IMG/VR virus record: IMGVR_UViG_3300000117_000016
Span: 15,779 to 79,778 of that record
From: a virus
Length of the DNA: 64,000 bases
Reading direction: 5' to 3' (one strand)
In this document: positions 38,340 to 47,596 of the stretch, in pieces
How the letters are laid out: every line of letters starts with the position of its first letter
How positions within the stretch are numbered: the first letter of the stretch is position 1
Notes under the pieces: model-generated
What the model was told of the DNA's origin: nothing
Database searches by the model: none
Seen by the model: the letters and a program-made list of their open reading frames with translations, nothing else
Made by a program: the position numbers and the translations under genes

Positions 38340-38732
38340 TCACCCCTCTACTTTTTTCTTTATAAATATTCCGGTTTCCCTAAACGTGGTAACTAACGCA
38401 TCAATGGTTGATCCAACCAATATCATTAAAAATGCTTTTACTGATTGATGGAATAAAGGTTCTAAAAAATTAGGAATCATAGGTATGTCTACTGATTTAA
38501 AAACCTTATCATAAAAATTAGATATAGCATCTAGCGCTACTTTCTTCTTTTCTGGACCACTTAGATCTGTGCCAATTTTTTCAATTATCCGGATAATACT
38601 AGCTGTAGCTAGTTGTAAAATTTTCCAAGCCTCACCAACAGCAATCCTTTTGGCGTCATTTAAGGCTTCTTTTATATTCTTTGTTAACTCATCTACTTCA
38701 CCATAAATTAATTCTTTTTTTTCTTCGCTCAT
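38340..38732 (-). CDS. Hypothetical helical protein
   Basis: SGPEKKK motif; amphipathic helices. Confidence 0.7.
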   Translation of the reverse strand: MSEEKKELIYGEVDELTKNIKEALNDAKRIAVGEAWKILQLATASIIRIIEKIGTDLSGPEKKKVALDAISNFYDKVFKSVDIPMIPNFLEPLFHQSVKAFLMILVGSTIDALVTTFRETGIFIKKKVEG

Positions 38733-38742
38733 TATTATTACC

Positions 38743-39204
38743 TTAATGTAGTGTTATGTAGGGTTGTATATCTTTATATGTGGAGCCACCAATACCATTT
38801 ATATCTATCAGCTGTTCAACGTAATCAAATCCGTCATTTTGTTCTCTGTATTGCAGAATTTTTTCAGCAGTAGAAGGGCCTATGTGTGGAAGTTGTATTA
38901 ATTCACCTAGGTTTGCTGTATTTATATTAATTTGATTATATTCTTTGTCAACTCCTACATAGTCTTCTAGTTCTCTACGGTGTTGTTCCGAAGCCTTTTG
39001 TTTATTCCTGCCCTGTATATATCTGTAGAATATAGCAGTCTGTCCGCCAATTAGTATGACTGACTCTACAGCATGAGTAACAACCGTAATCAGTGTGTCT
39101 TTTGTATCACTTTCTGTAATGATACCAGCTAAGAACAAACCGCTAAATATAAAGCTTACTAAAGTAAACCAAAATTCACTGGTCTGATATCCTTTAGTTT
39201 TCAT
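38743..39204 (-). CDS. Holin-like two-TM domain fused to ComEA-type HhH DNA-binding domain
   Basis: GYQTSEFW plus two hydrophobic segments; ININTA...L.QLPHIGPSTAEKI..YREQNDGF...L..INGIG. Confidence 0.82.
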   Translation of the reverse strand: MKTKGYQTSEFWFTLVSFIFSGLFLAGIITESDTKDTLITVVTHAVESVILIGGQTAIFYRYIQGRNKQKASEQHRRELEDYVGVDKEYNQININTANLGELIQLPHIGPSTAEKILQYREQNDGFDYVEQLIDINGIGGSTYKDIQPYITLH

Positions 39205-39213
39205 TTATTTACC

Positions 39214-39423
39214 TTATGAGGCTGTGTCCCCAGAATAGTAACGAGTATCATCAAATCTATTAGTATATTTTGTTTCTATTTCAGTAGCAACAGGTTGGGT
39301 GAGGGGATAGTCGTTACGAGTTCTGTTTGCTTTTACATTAGCAAAAGTATCTGATCTACTAGGTTGAGTAACAATAGAGCCCTGACGAGCCGTGTTGTCT
39401 TGTAATACGTCGGAAGTTGCCAT
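39214..39423 (-). CDS. Small hypothetical (possibly virion) protein
   Basis: 69 aa; GAGG RBS. Confidence 0.65.
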   Translation of the reverse strand: MATSDVLQDNTARQGSIVTQPSRSDTFANVKANRTRNDYPLTQPVATEIETKYTNRFDDTRYYSGDTAS

Positions 39424-39464
39424 GATAATGCCTCACTGGTTAATATTTAAAAGCTAGTATAATA

Positions 39465-39470
39465 TACACC
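39465..39470 (-). promoter_or_regulatory. GGTGTA candidate phage late-promoter element
   Basis: 42 nt upstream of ATG 39423; recurs at similar distance before five other genes. Confidence 0.55.
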
Positions 39471-39471
39471 A

Positions 39472-40083
39472 CTATGTCTGTATGAAATCCCATCTAGCCA
39501 TATCTATCGCATAATATTCTTGAATTTGATCAATTTGAGATTTAGTTAATACTGGTTTTTCTGCTGTTTTTGATGGGTTGATTCTTTTTAACGGAAAGTC
39601 TAAATCCAATAATTCTGCTGCTTTTTCTAGCTGATCATGCATTCTAAAATAATGTAGATTTTTAGCATGGAACCTCTCCTGAATTAAAAAGTGTATATTT
39701 TTATATATTGGCGTGCAAAAACGGTGATACATTATTCTTTTGTTGGTGTGTTTTGCTATTTTAAGCACTTTGTCTGTTTCGTTGATCAGGTCTTCTATGA
39801 TTTCTTCCACTGTAACTATTTGTAGTAATTCTAAAAAAGCTACGGATGATTTAAATTTTTCTACGGGATCACGAAATATTTGTATTACCGGCCTGTCAGG
39901 ATGGAACCTTTTGGGCACTTTGTTATGGTACGCTAGTTGATCTGTAGCTAGTCTTTGGGGATTAATCTTCTTCAGAAATTCTGGGTAATATCTTTTGAGT
40001 ATTGCATAAGCAAAGCTATTGCTGGCACACTTAGGATTAAAAGCAAGCAGCCAGCTTTCGTTACATATAAAGTATTTACTCAT
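39472..40083 (-). CDS. Sulfotransferase family 2-like protein
   Basis: NPKCASNS (5'-PSB), FRDPVEKFKS (3'-PB), HF..Q, YY..D. Confidence 0.8.
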   Translation of the reverse strand: MSKYFICNESWLLAFNPKCASNSFAYAILKRYYPEFLKKINPQRLATDQLAYHNKVPKRFHPDRPVIQIFRDPVEKFKSSVAFLELLQIVTVEEIIEDLINETDKVLKIAKHTNKRIMYHRFCTPIYKNIHFLIQERFHAKNLHYFRMHDQLEKAAELLDLDFPLKRINPSKTAEKPVLTKSQIDQIQEYYAIDMARWDFIQT

Positions 40084-40097
40084 TTATGTTTTGAGAT

Positions 40098-40415
40098 TTA
40101 ATTCTCTAGTGCTTCAATAGCTTTAGCCAGTGTAGCTATCTGTATTTTAAGATCATTCATGACCTCTGTATTCTTTTCCAATGCTCTAAACAAGATATTG
40201 CTATCTTCTTTATGCGTATTTAATCTTTCCATAATAAACTGCCTATCTTTAGAATACTGACTTGCTTCTGACTGTGCTGCCAACATTGCTTCTACATCCT
40301 TGCGATTCACTAAACCTTTAATGAAAGTTGTCCAGAATCCTACCAATGCTATAATAATACTAAGCATAGACATTGTTAGGTTTTCAAAGAAATGACCCAC
40401 GGTTGGTTCTGCCAT
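40098..40415 (-). CDS. Membrane protein with C-terminal coiled coil
   Basis: Start MAEPT at 40415 with GGAG RBS; TM segment MLSIIIALVGFW. Confidence 0.7.
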   Translation of the reverse strand: MAEPTVGHFFENLTMSMLSIIIALVGFWTTFIKGLVNRKDVEAMLAAQSEASQYSKDRQFIMERLNTHKEDSNILFRALEKNTEVMNDLKIQIATLAKAIEALEN

Positions 40416-40435
40416 TTTTATCTCCAAGTAAATAT

Positions 40436-40471
40436 AAAAAATAGACCAATAGTTTTTACACCATTGGCCTA
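40436..40471 (-). terminator. Rho-independent terminator after 40497..41021
   Basis: UAGGCCAAUGGU / GUAAAA loop / ACUAUUGGUCUA (12-bp stem with 2 G-U pairs) followed by UUUUUU. Confidence 0.8.
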
Positions 40472-40496
40472 ATTTAAAACTCAAAAAGCACAAAAA

Positions 40497-41021
40497 TTAA
40501 GTAGTCTTAGCTTCGTAATCTACGCTTGATGGATTCTTAGCACCAGTTCTGAATGTGAGTTCACCAGCACCACCAGCACCACCATTAACAGCTTGGTCAA
40601 TAGGTGTGTCGCCAACAGTTGTAGGATTGTATGCTGTAGTCACTCCACTAGGAACTGTGCTGAAGTTACTTGTTTGACCGGATATGCCAAACATATTAAA
40701 ATCACCAGCACGAATACGGGTTGTGGTATCAGCTACCTTTTGACTAACTAGTTTATGAACAGATACTGTAGAAGGTCTAACTGGTGTTTCATAAAGTTCA
40801 CCAATACTTACCACAGTATTAAGTGTAGCCCCGCCTAACCCCAGTGCTCTTACGTCATCAGAAACTGTAGATACTGTTGATCCATGTACATCTACCGTAT
40901 CATCAGATGATTTTAAGCTTTTAGTTATAGGGCTGTCGCTAGATGTAGTTCCGGTATTAATAGCAGAACCACCATTATTCACCGTTGTGGTGATTGAGCT
41001 ATGTGCTTTTCTTGTACTCAT
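40497..41021 (-). CDS. Ser/Thr/Gly-rich hypothetical (probable virion) protein
   Basis: Composition; GGAG RBS; own terminator. Confidence 0.7.
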   Translation of the reverse strand: MSTRKAHSSITTTVNNGGSAINTGTTSSDSPITKSLKSSDDTVDVHGSTVSTVSDDVRALGLGGATLNTVVSIGELYETPVRPSTVSVHKLVSQKVADTTTRIRAGDFNMFGISGQTSNFSTVPSGVTTAYNPTTVGDTPIDQAVNGGAGGAGELTFRTGAKNPSSVDYEAKTT

Positions 41022-41094
41022 TATTAATCTCCATGGTTAAATAGGCATATATGCAATAGTGCTATACCCCAAAATGGTTGATATTGGCTTAATT

Positions 41095-41622
41095 TTATGA
41101 AGGGTATTTATAGCTGGCATTAGAGCCAAAATACCCATCATAAGGATTAGCTGTTGTAAACCAAGCTGCTTCTTGTCCAGAAGGAAGCGTGGCCGCATGA
41201 AGTATACATTCTGTTTGGTTCTTAATGAATGGCAAAGCTACATATATCGCGTCAGGAGCTACGTCTGCAGCACCATTAGGTGAGGTGCAGCCATCATCTG
41301 GACAGGCAGCTTCATACTCAGCATATGTTTTCCAGATTGCTGGACCATACCAATGGGCAGTATATTCAGATTCAGGATCACTAGGATCTCTACCACTGAC
41401 AATCCATCCTGGACCTTGATAATCTAAATAATCATCACCAGTAAGCGAGCCACCAATCTCTCCTGCAGCTCTCCACATTTTTTGTCTACATTCTCCACAA
41501 ACGCCGCAGTGTTTAGGTTCGCATGTAGCTGAACCACTGACAGCGATATCAAAAATTCCCCCAATAGTATCTATGGTTTTTGTTTTAGGTGTTGCTAAGA
41601 ACGATAAATTTGGTAAAGCCAT
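41095..41622 (-). CDS. Cys-rich hypothetical protein
   Basis: 7 Cys including CGVCGEC. Confidence 0.7.
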   Translation of the reverse strand: MALPNLSFLATPKTKTIDTIGGIFDIAVSGSATCEPKHCGVCGECRQKMWRAAGEIGGSLTGDDYLDYQGPGWIVSGRDPSDPESEYTAHWYGPAIWKTYAEYEAACPDDGCTSPNGAADVAPDAIYVALPFIKNQTECILHAATLPSGQEAAWFTTANPYDGYFGSNASYKYPS

Positions 41623-41641
41623 TTTTTATTTAAACCTTTTT

Positions 41642-43318
41642 TCAAGAGGATTCGCCATCACAGAATGTTAAGGTTGTACCTGTACAACCATCTAAACCAT
41701 CCAAAATAGAATCTTGTGCTTCTTTAGTAAGATCTTTTAATCCTGGCATATTACGGGCTTGTTTCTTTGCATTATCAGGCAGCACTATTTTGAGATTTGC
41801 TGTTACAACAACAGGCTTTGACCAACTTCCTCCTGTTTTGCCTGTAGCAGGGCAGCACTCTTGTTCTGGGTTTGTTACCTGTGCTAGTTTGCTTCTAGAT
41901 ATAATAGCTTGTCCACTCGTGCTATCAAATTCTACCCATCCGGTTTTAGCAAATTCTCCTTCTGCTTTTGGAAATCTGCTTATTATGTCTGTTGCCCCAT
42001 CGCAGCTTTTGTAATTTACCGTCACATTTTCTACTAAATTATTTTTTATTAAATTAAATACACTTGTTCTGATATCTATTAAAGCTTGGTTTTCAGAAAA
42101 CAATCCTGTTTTTAAGTCTGCTAGTTTATTTTCTGCCTTCTTTTTTGATTGATCTATAGCATATATGGTCTGCAATATTGCCAACCCTCGTGCTTTACTG
42201 TTTTCATATAGAGTAAAATATCCTGAATAAATTTCAGCGAATGCTTTGTCTGCAGATCTTTTAAACATGCCTGCTAATTTGTCCATCTTACTTCCAACAC
42301 GACGACTTGAATCAAACGTTTCTCTAGGTCTTCCTGTAGTAAATTCTATATCTACTTTTCCTTTGTTACCTTCTCCGGCGGAGTCTTTGGCAAAAAGGAA
42401 GTGTGACGCTGGTGCTCCCAGAGCTTTTCTGACTGTCTTAGTAAATCCTTCTCTATAATTTTCGATCAATTGCTTTTCTTCATCAGTATAGCAATTGAAA
42501 TTCAATGCAGGAATTGTAGTATTTCCACTACATTCTATTTTTTGAGAAAAATCAGGTAATGGGTCTGTACTACCAGCACTAGCTGGTACTGAGGGCAAAG
42601 TAACACCTAACACCTTCACTATGGTATCAGGACTTGTTGCAAGCTCATTAAACTTTGTCATTGCCTCTTCGATTTTGCTGGCATCTATGCGCAGAAACGC
42701 CACGCTTTTCTTGCTATCTCCAACAATCTGCTCGCTCTTCTCCTCTGCGGCTCCATATACTGCGTCTTCTAAAGCTTTTGCAAAAGGTCCGTATATTTTA
42801 TTGTTTATTTCAAATTTCTTATCAGTTCCTTCTTTCCAGCCAGTAGATGCCGCAAGTACAGAATTAGTTTGTTGCAATCTACTTGCTGTACAGCTGTCAA
42901 TTTGTGCTTTACGATTATTGGCAGCGGTAAACAAATTGCCTAAGTATTCAATTCTTTCTTCTAACTCACAACAAACCTTAGCCAGTGTCTTGTGATTGCT
43001 ACAATCTACACTATCTGGCAGAGTCACACAACCTAATAAACTTTTGCCTCCATTAGCACAATTCTGTCCTTGATCGCAAGCATTGTCTCTAAATTGAATT
43101 CGTAAATTTTTCTTTGTTTTTACTAGTTGTTTTATAGTCGCTTCAGCCGCTTGTACAGCTGCCCTTTCCTCCTCACACTGAGTAAAAAAACTACCCACAT
43201 AGCTTACATTTTTCTTACAAGTTTCAAGTGCAGTCGCTGCTTGAGCCAACGCTACTTGCGCATTGCCTAGATTTGTTTCATTATTAATAATACTATTTTT
43301 AATATCTTCGCAGGACAT
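41642..43318 (-). CDS. Cys-rich coiled-coil protein (probable virion fibre or structural protein)
   Basis: Heptad-like helices and 17 Cys. Confidence 0.7.
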   Translation of the reverse strand: MSCEDIKNSIINNETNLGNAQVALAQAATALETCKKNVSYVGSFFTQCEEERAAVQAAEATIKQLVKTKKNLRIQFRDNACDQGQNCANGGKSLLGCVTLPDSVDCSNHKTLAKVCCELEERIEYLGNLFTAANNRKAQIDSCTASRLQQTNSVLAASTGWKEGTDKKFEINNKIYGPFAKALEDAVYGAAEEKSEQIVGDSKKSVAFLRIDASKIEEAMTKFNELATSPDTIVKVLGVTLPSVPASAGSTDPLPDFSQKIECSGNTTIPALNFNCYTDEEKQLIENYREGFTKTVRKALGAPASHFLFAKDSAGEGNKGKVDIEFTTGRPRETFDSSRRVGSKMDKLAGMFKRSADKAFAEIYSGYFTLYENSKARGLAILQTIYAIDQSKKKAENKLADLKTGLFSENQALIDIRTSVFNLIKNNLVENVTVNYKSCDGATDIISRFPKAEGEFAKTGWVEFDSTSGQAIISRSKLAQVTNPEQECCPATGKTGGSWSKPVVVTANLKIVLPDNAKKQARNMPGLKDLTKEAQDSILDGLDGCTGTTLTFCDGESS

Positions 43319-43336
43319 ATTATTTTACCTTAAGTT

Positions 43337-43795
43337 TTATTGTTGTGGAAAATATGTAATAAAGCCGCTAAAGTTACGGGCAGGTATATACTGAGTAGTA
43401 TCCTCTATTCCAAATGCAGAAAACCCAGGATAATTGTTGTCCGTTACAGGGGACGACATAGTTTTTGTTTGACTTTGTCCCTTTACTGCAACATCTCTAA
43501 CTATACTGCCACCACAAATTATAGTGGTACGAGCAGATTTGTCAGAAGCTCTTGAGTCTCTACCAACTGTAGGGCTAAGGTTTCCTCCAGTAAAATCAAA
43601 TCCACTAGGCGATGCGGTAAAGTTGGATACCACTACTTCTGGATTGCCGCCATCACTAAAAGTGCCACTACCTACATTGATGGTAGCCTCGCTTACTACA
43701 GCTTTATTTACATCAGTATTTGCAGAATGTGCTGTAGTTAATTTAGTAAACTGCTGCAGCGTATAATTGTTAAATCCTAAAGAAAATGTTGCCAT
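43337..43795 (-). CDS. Hypothetical (probable virion) protein
   Basis: S/T/G-rich, beta-like composition. Confidence 0.65.
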   Translation of the reverse strand: MATFSLGFNNYTLQQFTKLTTAHSANTDVNKAVVSEATINVGSGTFSDGGNPEVVVSNFTASPSGFDFTGGNLSPTVGRDSRASDKSARTTIICGGSIVRDVAVKGQSQTKTMSSPVTDNNYPGFSAFGIEDTTQYIPARNFSGFITYFPQQ

Positions 43796-43835
43796 CTTGA
43801 AACCCTTAAGTAGAATTGTGTAAGCTTACATCAAT

Positions 43836-44492
43836 TTATACACAATTAATACTTAAAGTCTGTAAAGTAAGAATATTATTAGTTTTATAGCCATATATAT
43901 CTGTTTTTTGAATAAGACTGATCTGCTTCTCATTCCAAGCATTTCCATTTACAACAACATTAATATAAGGTACTTTCTTTGCGATCATCATAGAAGCTAT
44001 CAAATTATCTACTATATTATCTAACATATAGTTATTGGAAGGATAAATAGTATCAATCTGATGTGCTGCAACCATTGTAGTAATTTTGTAAAGCATATAT
44101 TCTGTATATGTTCTATAATCTATAATATATCTAAGCTCAGCATTATGTCTATCACAAAGAGCTTTTTGTTCGTTAATATCTTTTCTAAATTTATCGTACT
44201 TTTTATTACACAAGGCGTGATTAGGTGCTACAAGTTCTATTATTTTAGCACCGGACTTTAAAGCGTTTTCTGTCTCTACCCTTCTTGATTCTATAGAAGA
44301 TAGGCCAAAAGGATAGTCTATAACAGTAGAAAGAATAGTCTGAGAGTCTTTTAGGAGATTCTTGATAGCTCTAAGATAAGACGGCAATACAGACACCACA
44401 TCGACAGACAGCTTAACTGCCTTGGCAATATTTTGTTTTACTTCTATATCGTTGGCTGCTACGTCGTAGTATCCATACTCTAAAATATTCAT
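43836..44492 (-). CDS. Deoxyribose-phosphate aldolase (DeoC)-fold protein, catalytic lysines apparently lost
   Basis: STVIDYPFG...E...ALKSGA.IIELV match DeoC; DTIYPSN replaces FVKTST. Confidence 0.72.
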   Translation of the reverse strand: MNILEYGYYDVAANDIEVKQNIAKAVKLSVDVVSVLPSYLRAIKNLLKDSQTILSTVIDYPFGLSSIESRRVETENALKSGAKIIELVAPNHALCNKKYDKFRKDINEQKALCDRHNAELRYIIDYRTYTEYMLYKITTMVAAHQIDTIYPSNNYMLDNIVDNLIASMMIAKKVPYINVVVNGNAWNEKQISLIQKTDIYGYKTNNILTLQTLSINCV

Positions 44493-45163
44493 AGTGCTAT
44501 ATCTTTAATTGATTTAATATCAGGATGTTTTCTATCTCCTAATACACCATCAGCAAACCCATAGTTGACGGCTTCTTCTGCATTAATATACCAATCTCCT
44601 TGTTTGAGTTTTGTATTTAAAAAGTTTTTAACTTTAGTTGCTGTTATTTTATCGCCATACTTATCTTTGAAGAATTGTCCATTTGCACATTGACCAGCAT
44701 ATACGTCTAACATAACGCTACATATATGCTTTTCATAAGCTACCCAGTTTTGCACGCTAAGGTATTCGCCGCCAGCATCGGTTGATCCATAATGACTCAT
44801 AAAATAAGCGTTAGGCATCATTATCCTAGTATCAGCAGCTTGTAGAATAATACTACTCATGCTTTCTGCTTGACCATAAACCAAAACACTTACATAAGAC
44901 TTGCAATTAATGATAGCGTCATATATAGCCATACCATCTGACCATTCTCCTCCAACACTTTGCATGTGTATTAAAATATGGTTGTGGTTGGTATAGTCCA
45001 ATGCTCTTATATTTTTAATAAAAGTATTAGCCATTCTATATTCTACGCCAGGATTTCCATCATCAGCTACAAAATGATTGTGCAAAAATATCTCTCTTGT
45101 TTTCATACTAGATGAATAGTTATGTAGATCAAAAAGTAGATCGTTTTGCTCGTTGTTATTCAT
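44489..45163 (-). CDS. clpP: ClpP-family serine protease
   Basis: SVGG...GMAIYD, GQAESM (Ser), FMSH (His), DWYINAEEAVNYGFAD (Asp). Confidence 0.88.
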   Translation of the reverse strand: MNNNEQNDLLFDLHNYSSSMKTREIFLHNHFVADDGNPGVEYRMANTFIKNIRALDYTNHNHILIHMQSVGGEWSDGMAIYDAIINCKSYVSVLVYGQAESMSSIILQAADTRIMMPNAYFMSHYGSTDAGGEYLSVQNWVAYEKHICSVMLDVYAGQCANGQFFKDKYGDKITATKVKNFLNTKLKQGDWYINAEEAVNYGFADGVLGDRKHPDIKSIKDIAL

Positions 45164-45560
45164 GTAGATATATCCCTACTAGTTTATTGACAGTATTCAT
45201 TACATTTCTATCTACAAAGTTTTTACCTATCGCTATTCTAAAACGATATCTAGTGAATATATCTAAAATTTCAATACCATCAGTTTGTTCTATGATATTA
45301 GATACTTGATTAGTAATATTAAAGTTGGTGTGACCTACCCAAAAATTAAATACTTTACTAGGTGCGCTATATTCATTATAAGGAATTATGCCCATAGGAG
45401 AAGATATTGCATACATTAAATGCTTTTGCACTTCTGCATCTTGAGATTCCTCATCTTCATCTAAATGATTTTCTTCATTTGCATTTTCTGGCCATACTGG
45501 TTCTTCGTAATTTGGCAAATAGGGGTCTGTCCATTTTTCCCATATAATTTTATTCTTCAT
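45156..45560 (-). CDS. Hypothetical protein
   Basis: Probable start MKNKIIWEKW; FWVGHTNF, TRYRFRIAIGK. Confidence 0.7.
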   Translation of the reverse strand: MKNKIIWEKWTDPYLPNYEEPVWPENANEENHLDEDEESQDAEVQKHLMYAISSPMGIIPYNEYSAPSKVFNFWVGHTNFNITNQVSNIIEQTDGIEILDIFTRYRFRIAIGKNFVDRNVMNTVNKLVGIYLHE

Positions 45561-45903
45561 TTTTATTAATACTATAACTAAAGTCAGAAGGTCTGACAAC
45601 AGGTATTTCTTTAGATGTTTGTAGTTTGGTTATTGCTTTTAAGTTGAATAGTGTTTGTCTTATAAATTTTTCAGAATCTTTATCTTCTTGCATGGCATTG
45701 GACAATATATCTATAATAGAATCACTATAGCTACCATTATTTATATTATATAAAAGTGTAGCCAGCATTACGCCAATAGAGTCTTCATCACTAATCCAGT
45801 CTATAGTAACGTCAACTTCATTAAAAGGATCTACCTTAAATGTGACGGTTACTACAGATTGGTCTTCTAGTTCTAGATTTCTTTTTTTAAAAAAATTAAA
45901 CAT
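45550..45903 (-). CDS. Hypothetical protein
   Basis: 117-aa ORF in operon. Confidence 0.65.
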   Translation of the reverse strand: MFNFFKKRNLELEDQSVVTVTFKVDPFNEVDVTIDWISDEDSIGVMLATLLYNINNGSYSDSIIDILSNAMQEDKDSEKFIRQTLFNLKAITKLQTSKEIPVVRPSDFSYSINKNEE

Positions 45904-46479
45904 TTATACTAGATTTTTGATATTTTTTAACGCTTTATGTATATTTTGCCTAACGGCCTCTCTAGTTATATTAAAGCGTTGTCCTACTTTTTCAAGCGTA
46001 TACCCTTCAAAGTAATACAACTTGATGAACTCTCTTTGGTTCTCTGTCACTAAATTAGAGTTTAATATATTATATATATCATTATTAAGAATATCTTCCG
46101 ATTCTTTTTCTATAGCGATAGCACAAGGGTCCTTTTCCTTAGAGGGTATAGTATCCTTAATATTGGAAGAATCTTCATCTTTAGCAAAGTCTAATGAGGA
46201 CTTCTTAGGTGCTTTATATTTTTTGGTAGCATAGGTCTGGATTGCCCAAATAGCACATTGGTTTCTATACGAATACCTAGTCTTTTTTTGACCGGTTTTA
46301 CCAGTTCTGTTTGCATCCCACTTCCAATCTCCTTGCATAATTGCACTAGCAACATCAGAGATAGCATCTTCACTCTTCAGCATTTCTTTAGCTAAAGAGC
46401 CTCCGAACTTATTGATTGTTTTCTTAGCCAAGTTTAGATATATCTTCAGATCATCAAATTCAACATTTTCCATTATCAA
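45904..46479 (-). CDS. Phage sigma70-family sigma factor (regions 2 and 4)
   Basis: YTLEKVGQRFNITREAVRQNIHKAL matches region 4.2; region 2-like WD...YSY....IWAI. Confidence 0.85.
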   Translation of the reverse strand: MIMENVEFDDLKIYLNLAKKTINKFGGSLAKEMLKSEDAISDVASAIMQGDWKWDANRTGKTGQKKTRYSYRNQCAIWAIQTYATKKYKAPKKSSLDFAKDEDSSNIKDTIPSKEKDPCAIAIEKESEDILNNDIYNILNSNLVTENQREFIKLYYFEGYTLEKVGQRFNITREAVRQNIHKALKNIKNLV

Positions 46480-46500
46480 GGTCCTTTGGTTCTAAATTAA

Positions 46501-46920
46501 TTATTTACTTTTCTTCTGAGCCCTTTTCAAAGCTTCTGGTGATGGTCTGTCCTTATCTCCAGGTTTGGCTGGTCTATAATTTTTACCTTCACGAAGCTTT
46601 TTCTTTCTAATGTTCTCCCACAGACTTGCAGGAGTCATATCTTCTTTATCGTCATCAGAAGGACTAAACTTTACAAAATCATGAATAGTTGTCATGTAGT
46701 CTTCTGTTATAGCAATTTTACCCTGTAACCAACTCTCTGTCAAGTTGTTTTTAATTTTTTCGTCTTCAAGTGACATAAGTATTGATTGGGCATTTCTCAT
46801 AATAGAATTTAATGAACCCACACTCATTTCTAAAAAGTCTTTCTTGTATTCATTTATATCGTCTTCTGCCTTACTTTTTAATTCTTTCTCAACGCCAGAT
46901 AAAATATCTTTATAACTCAT
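46501..46920 (-). CDS. Hypothetical protein with basic C-terminal module (possible head-internal protein)
   Basis: Acidic body followed by SLWENIRKKK...PGDKDRPSPEALKRAQ. Confidence 0.7.
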   Translation of the reverse strand: MSYKDILSGVEKELKSKAEDDINEYKKDFLEMSVGSLNSIMRNAQSILMSLEDEKIKNNLTESWLQGKIAITEDYMTTIHDFVKFSPSDDDKEDMTPASLWENIRKKKLREGKNYRPAKPGDKDRPSPEALKRAQKKSK

Positions 46921-47596
46921 GACCTACTCCTATATAGTATTTTTTAATTTCAGGGTAAATAGTGTTAATAATTGTTTTAGCTACAGTATTATCTGAAGGA
47001 TAATGTACTCCTTGCAATTCTCTAGCCTTACCACAAAGATCAACCAAGTTAGTAAATTCTTTGGTGTATTGTGGATATTTATCAGATAAGATTTCTGATA
47101 TTAAAGCGGCATACATTGTGTGTCCGCTGGGATATGCTGGCGTCTTGTGTGTTTTAGTAATAATTCTATTGATTGAAATATTATAGTGTTCTGCAAGCTG
47201 ATAGGGTCTGGGTCTATTATAGTAAAATTTTAAATGATCTACAATAGCTATGACAGATGTGTAATATACTGTTGTAAAAAATCTTACAGGAAAATCTAGC
47301 TCGTATTTACTTATCACTTTTTTAAATATATGCATAGGATCGTCATCTATACTATAGATTAGATCTAAATCAGCGTTACTTCTGTTCTTTGTAATACTTT
47401 GTAGATATTCAAGCTCTTTTTTAGTCTCCTCACTAGAGTTTTTGCTTGGCCCTGATACTATCTTAAATAAGTCTATATTACCTACCTCTGGAAAATCCAT
47501 AGAGGTATAGCGAGAGTTTTTATATTCAAAATTATCAACGTATATAATTTTGTCTATATTTATCTGGTCGTTTACTTTTTTAATCAGTTTAGTCAT
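46910..47596 (-). CDS. PAP2 / class A acid phosphatase
   Basis: KFYYNRPRP, YPSGH, R...GVHYPSD. Confidence 0.9.
   Translation of the reverse strand: MTKLIKKVNDQINIDKIIYVDNFEYKNSRYTSMDFPEVGNIDLFKIVSGPSKNSSEETKKELEYLQSITKNRSNADLDLIYSIDDDPMHIFKKVISKYELDFPVRFFTTVYYTSVIAIVDHLKFYYNRPRPYQLAEHYNISINRIITKTHKTPAYPSGHTMYAALISEILSDKYPQYTKEFTNLVDLCGKARELQGVHYPSDNTVAKTIINTIYPEIKKYYIGVGHEL

Noticed and set aside
33582-38732. Firm host assignment (e.g. Planctomycetota) from the GlsB-family and CxxCxGxG exported proteins
   Set aside because: Suggestive only; it cannot be supported without database searches
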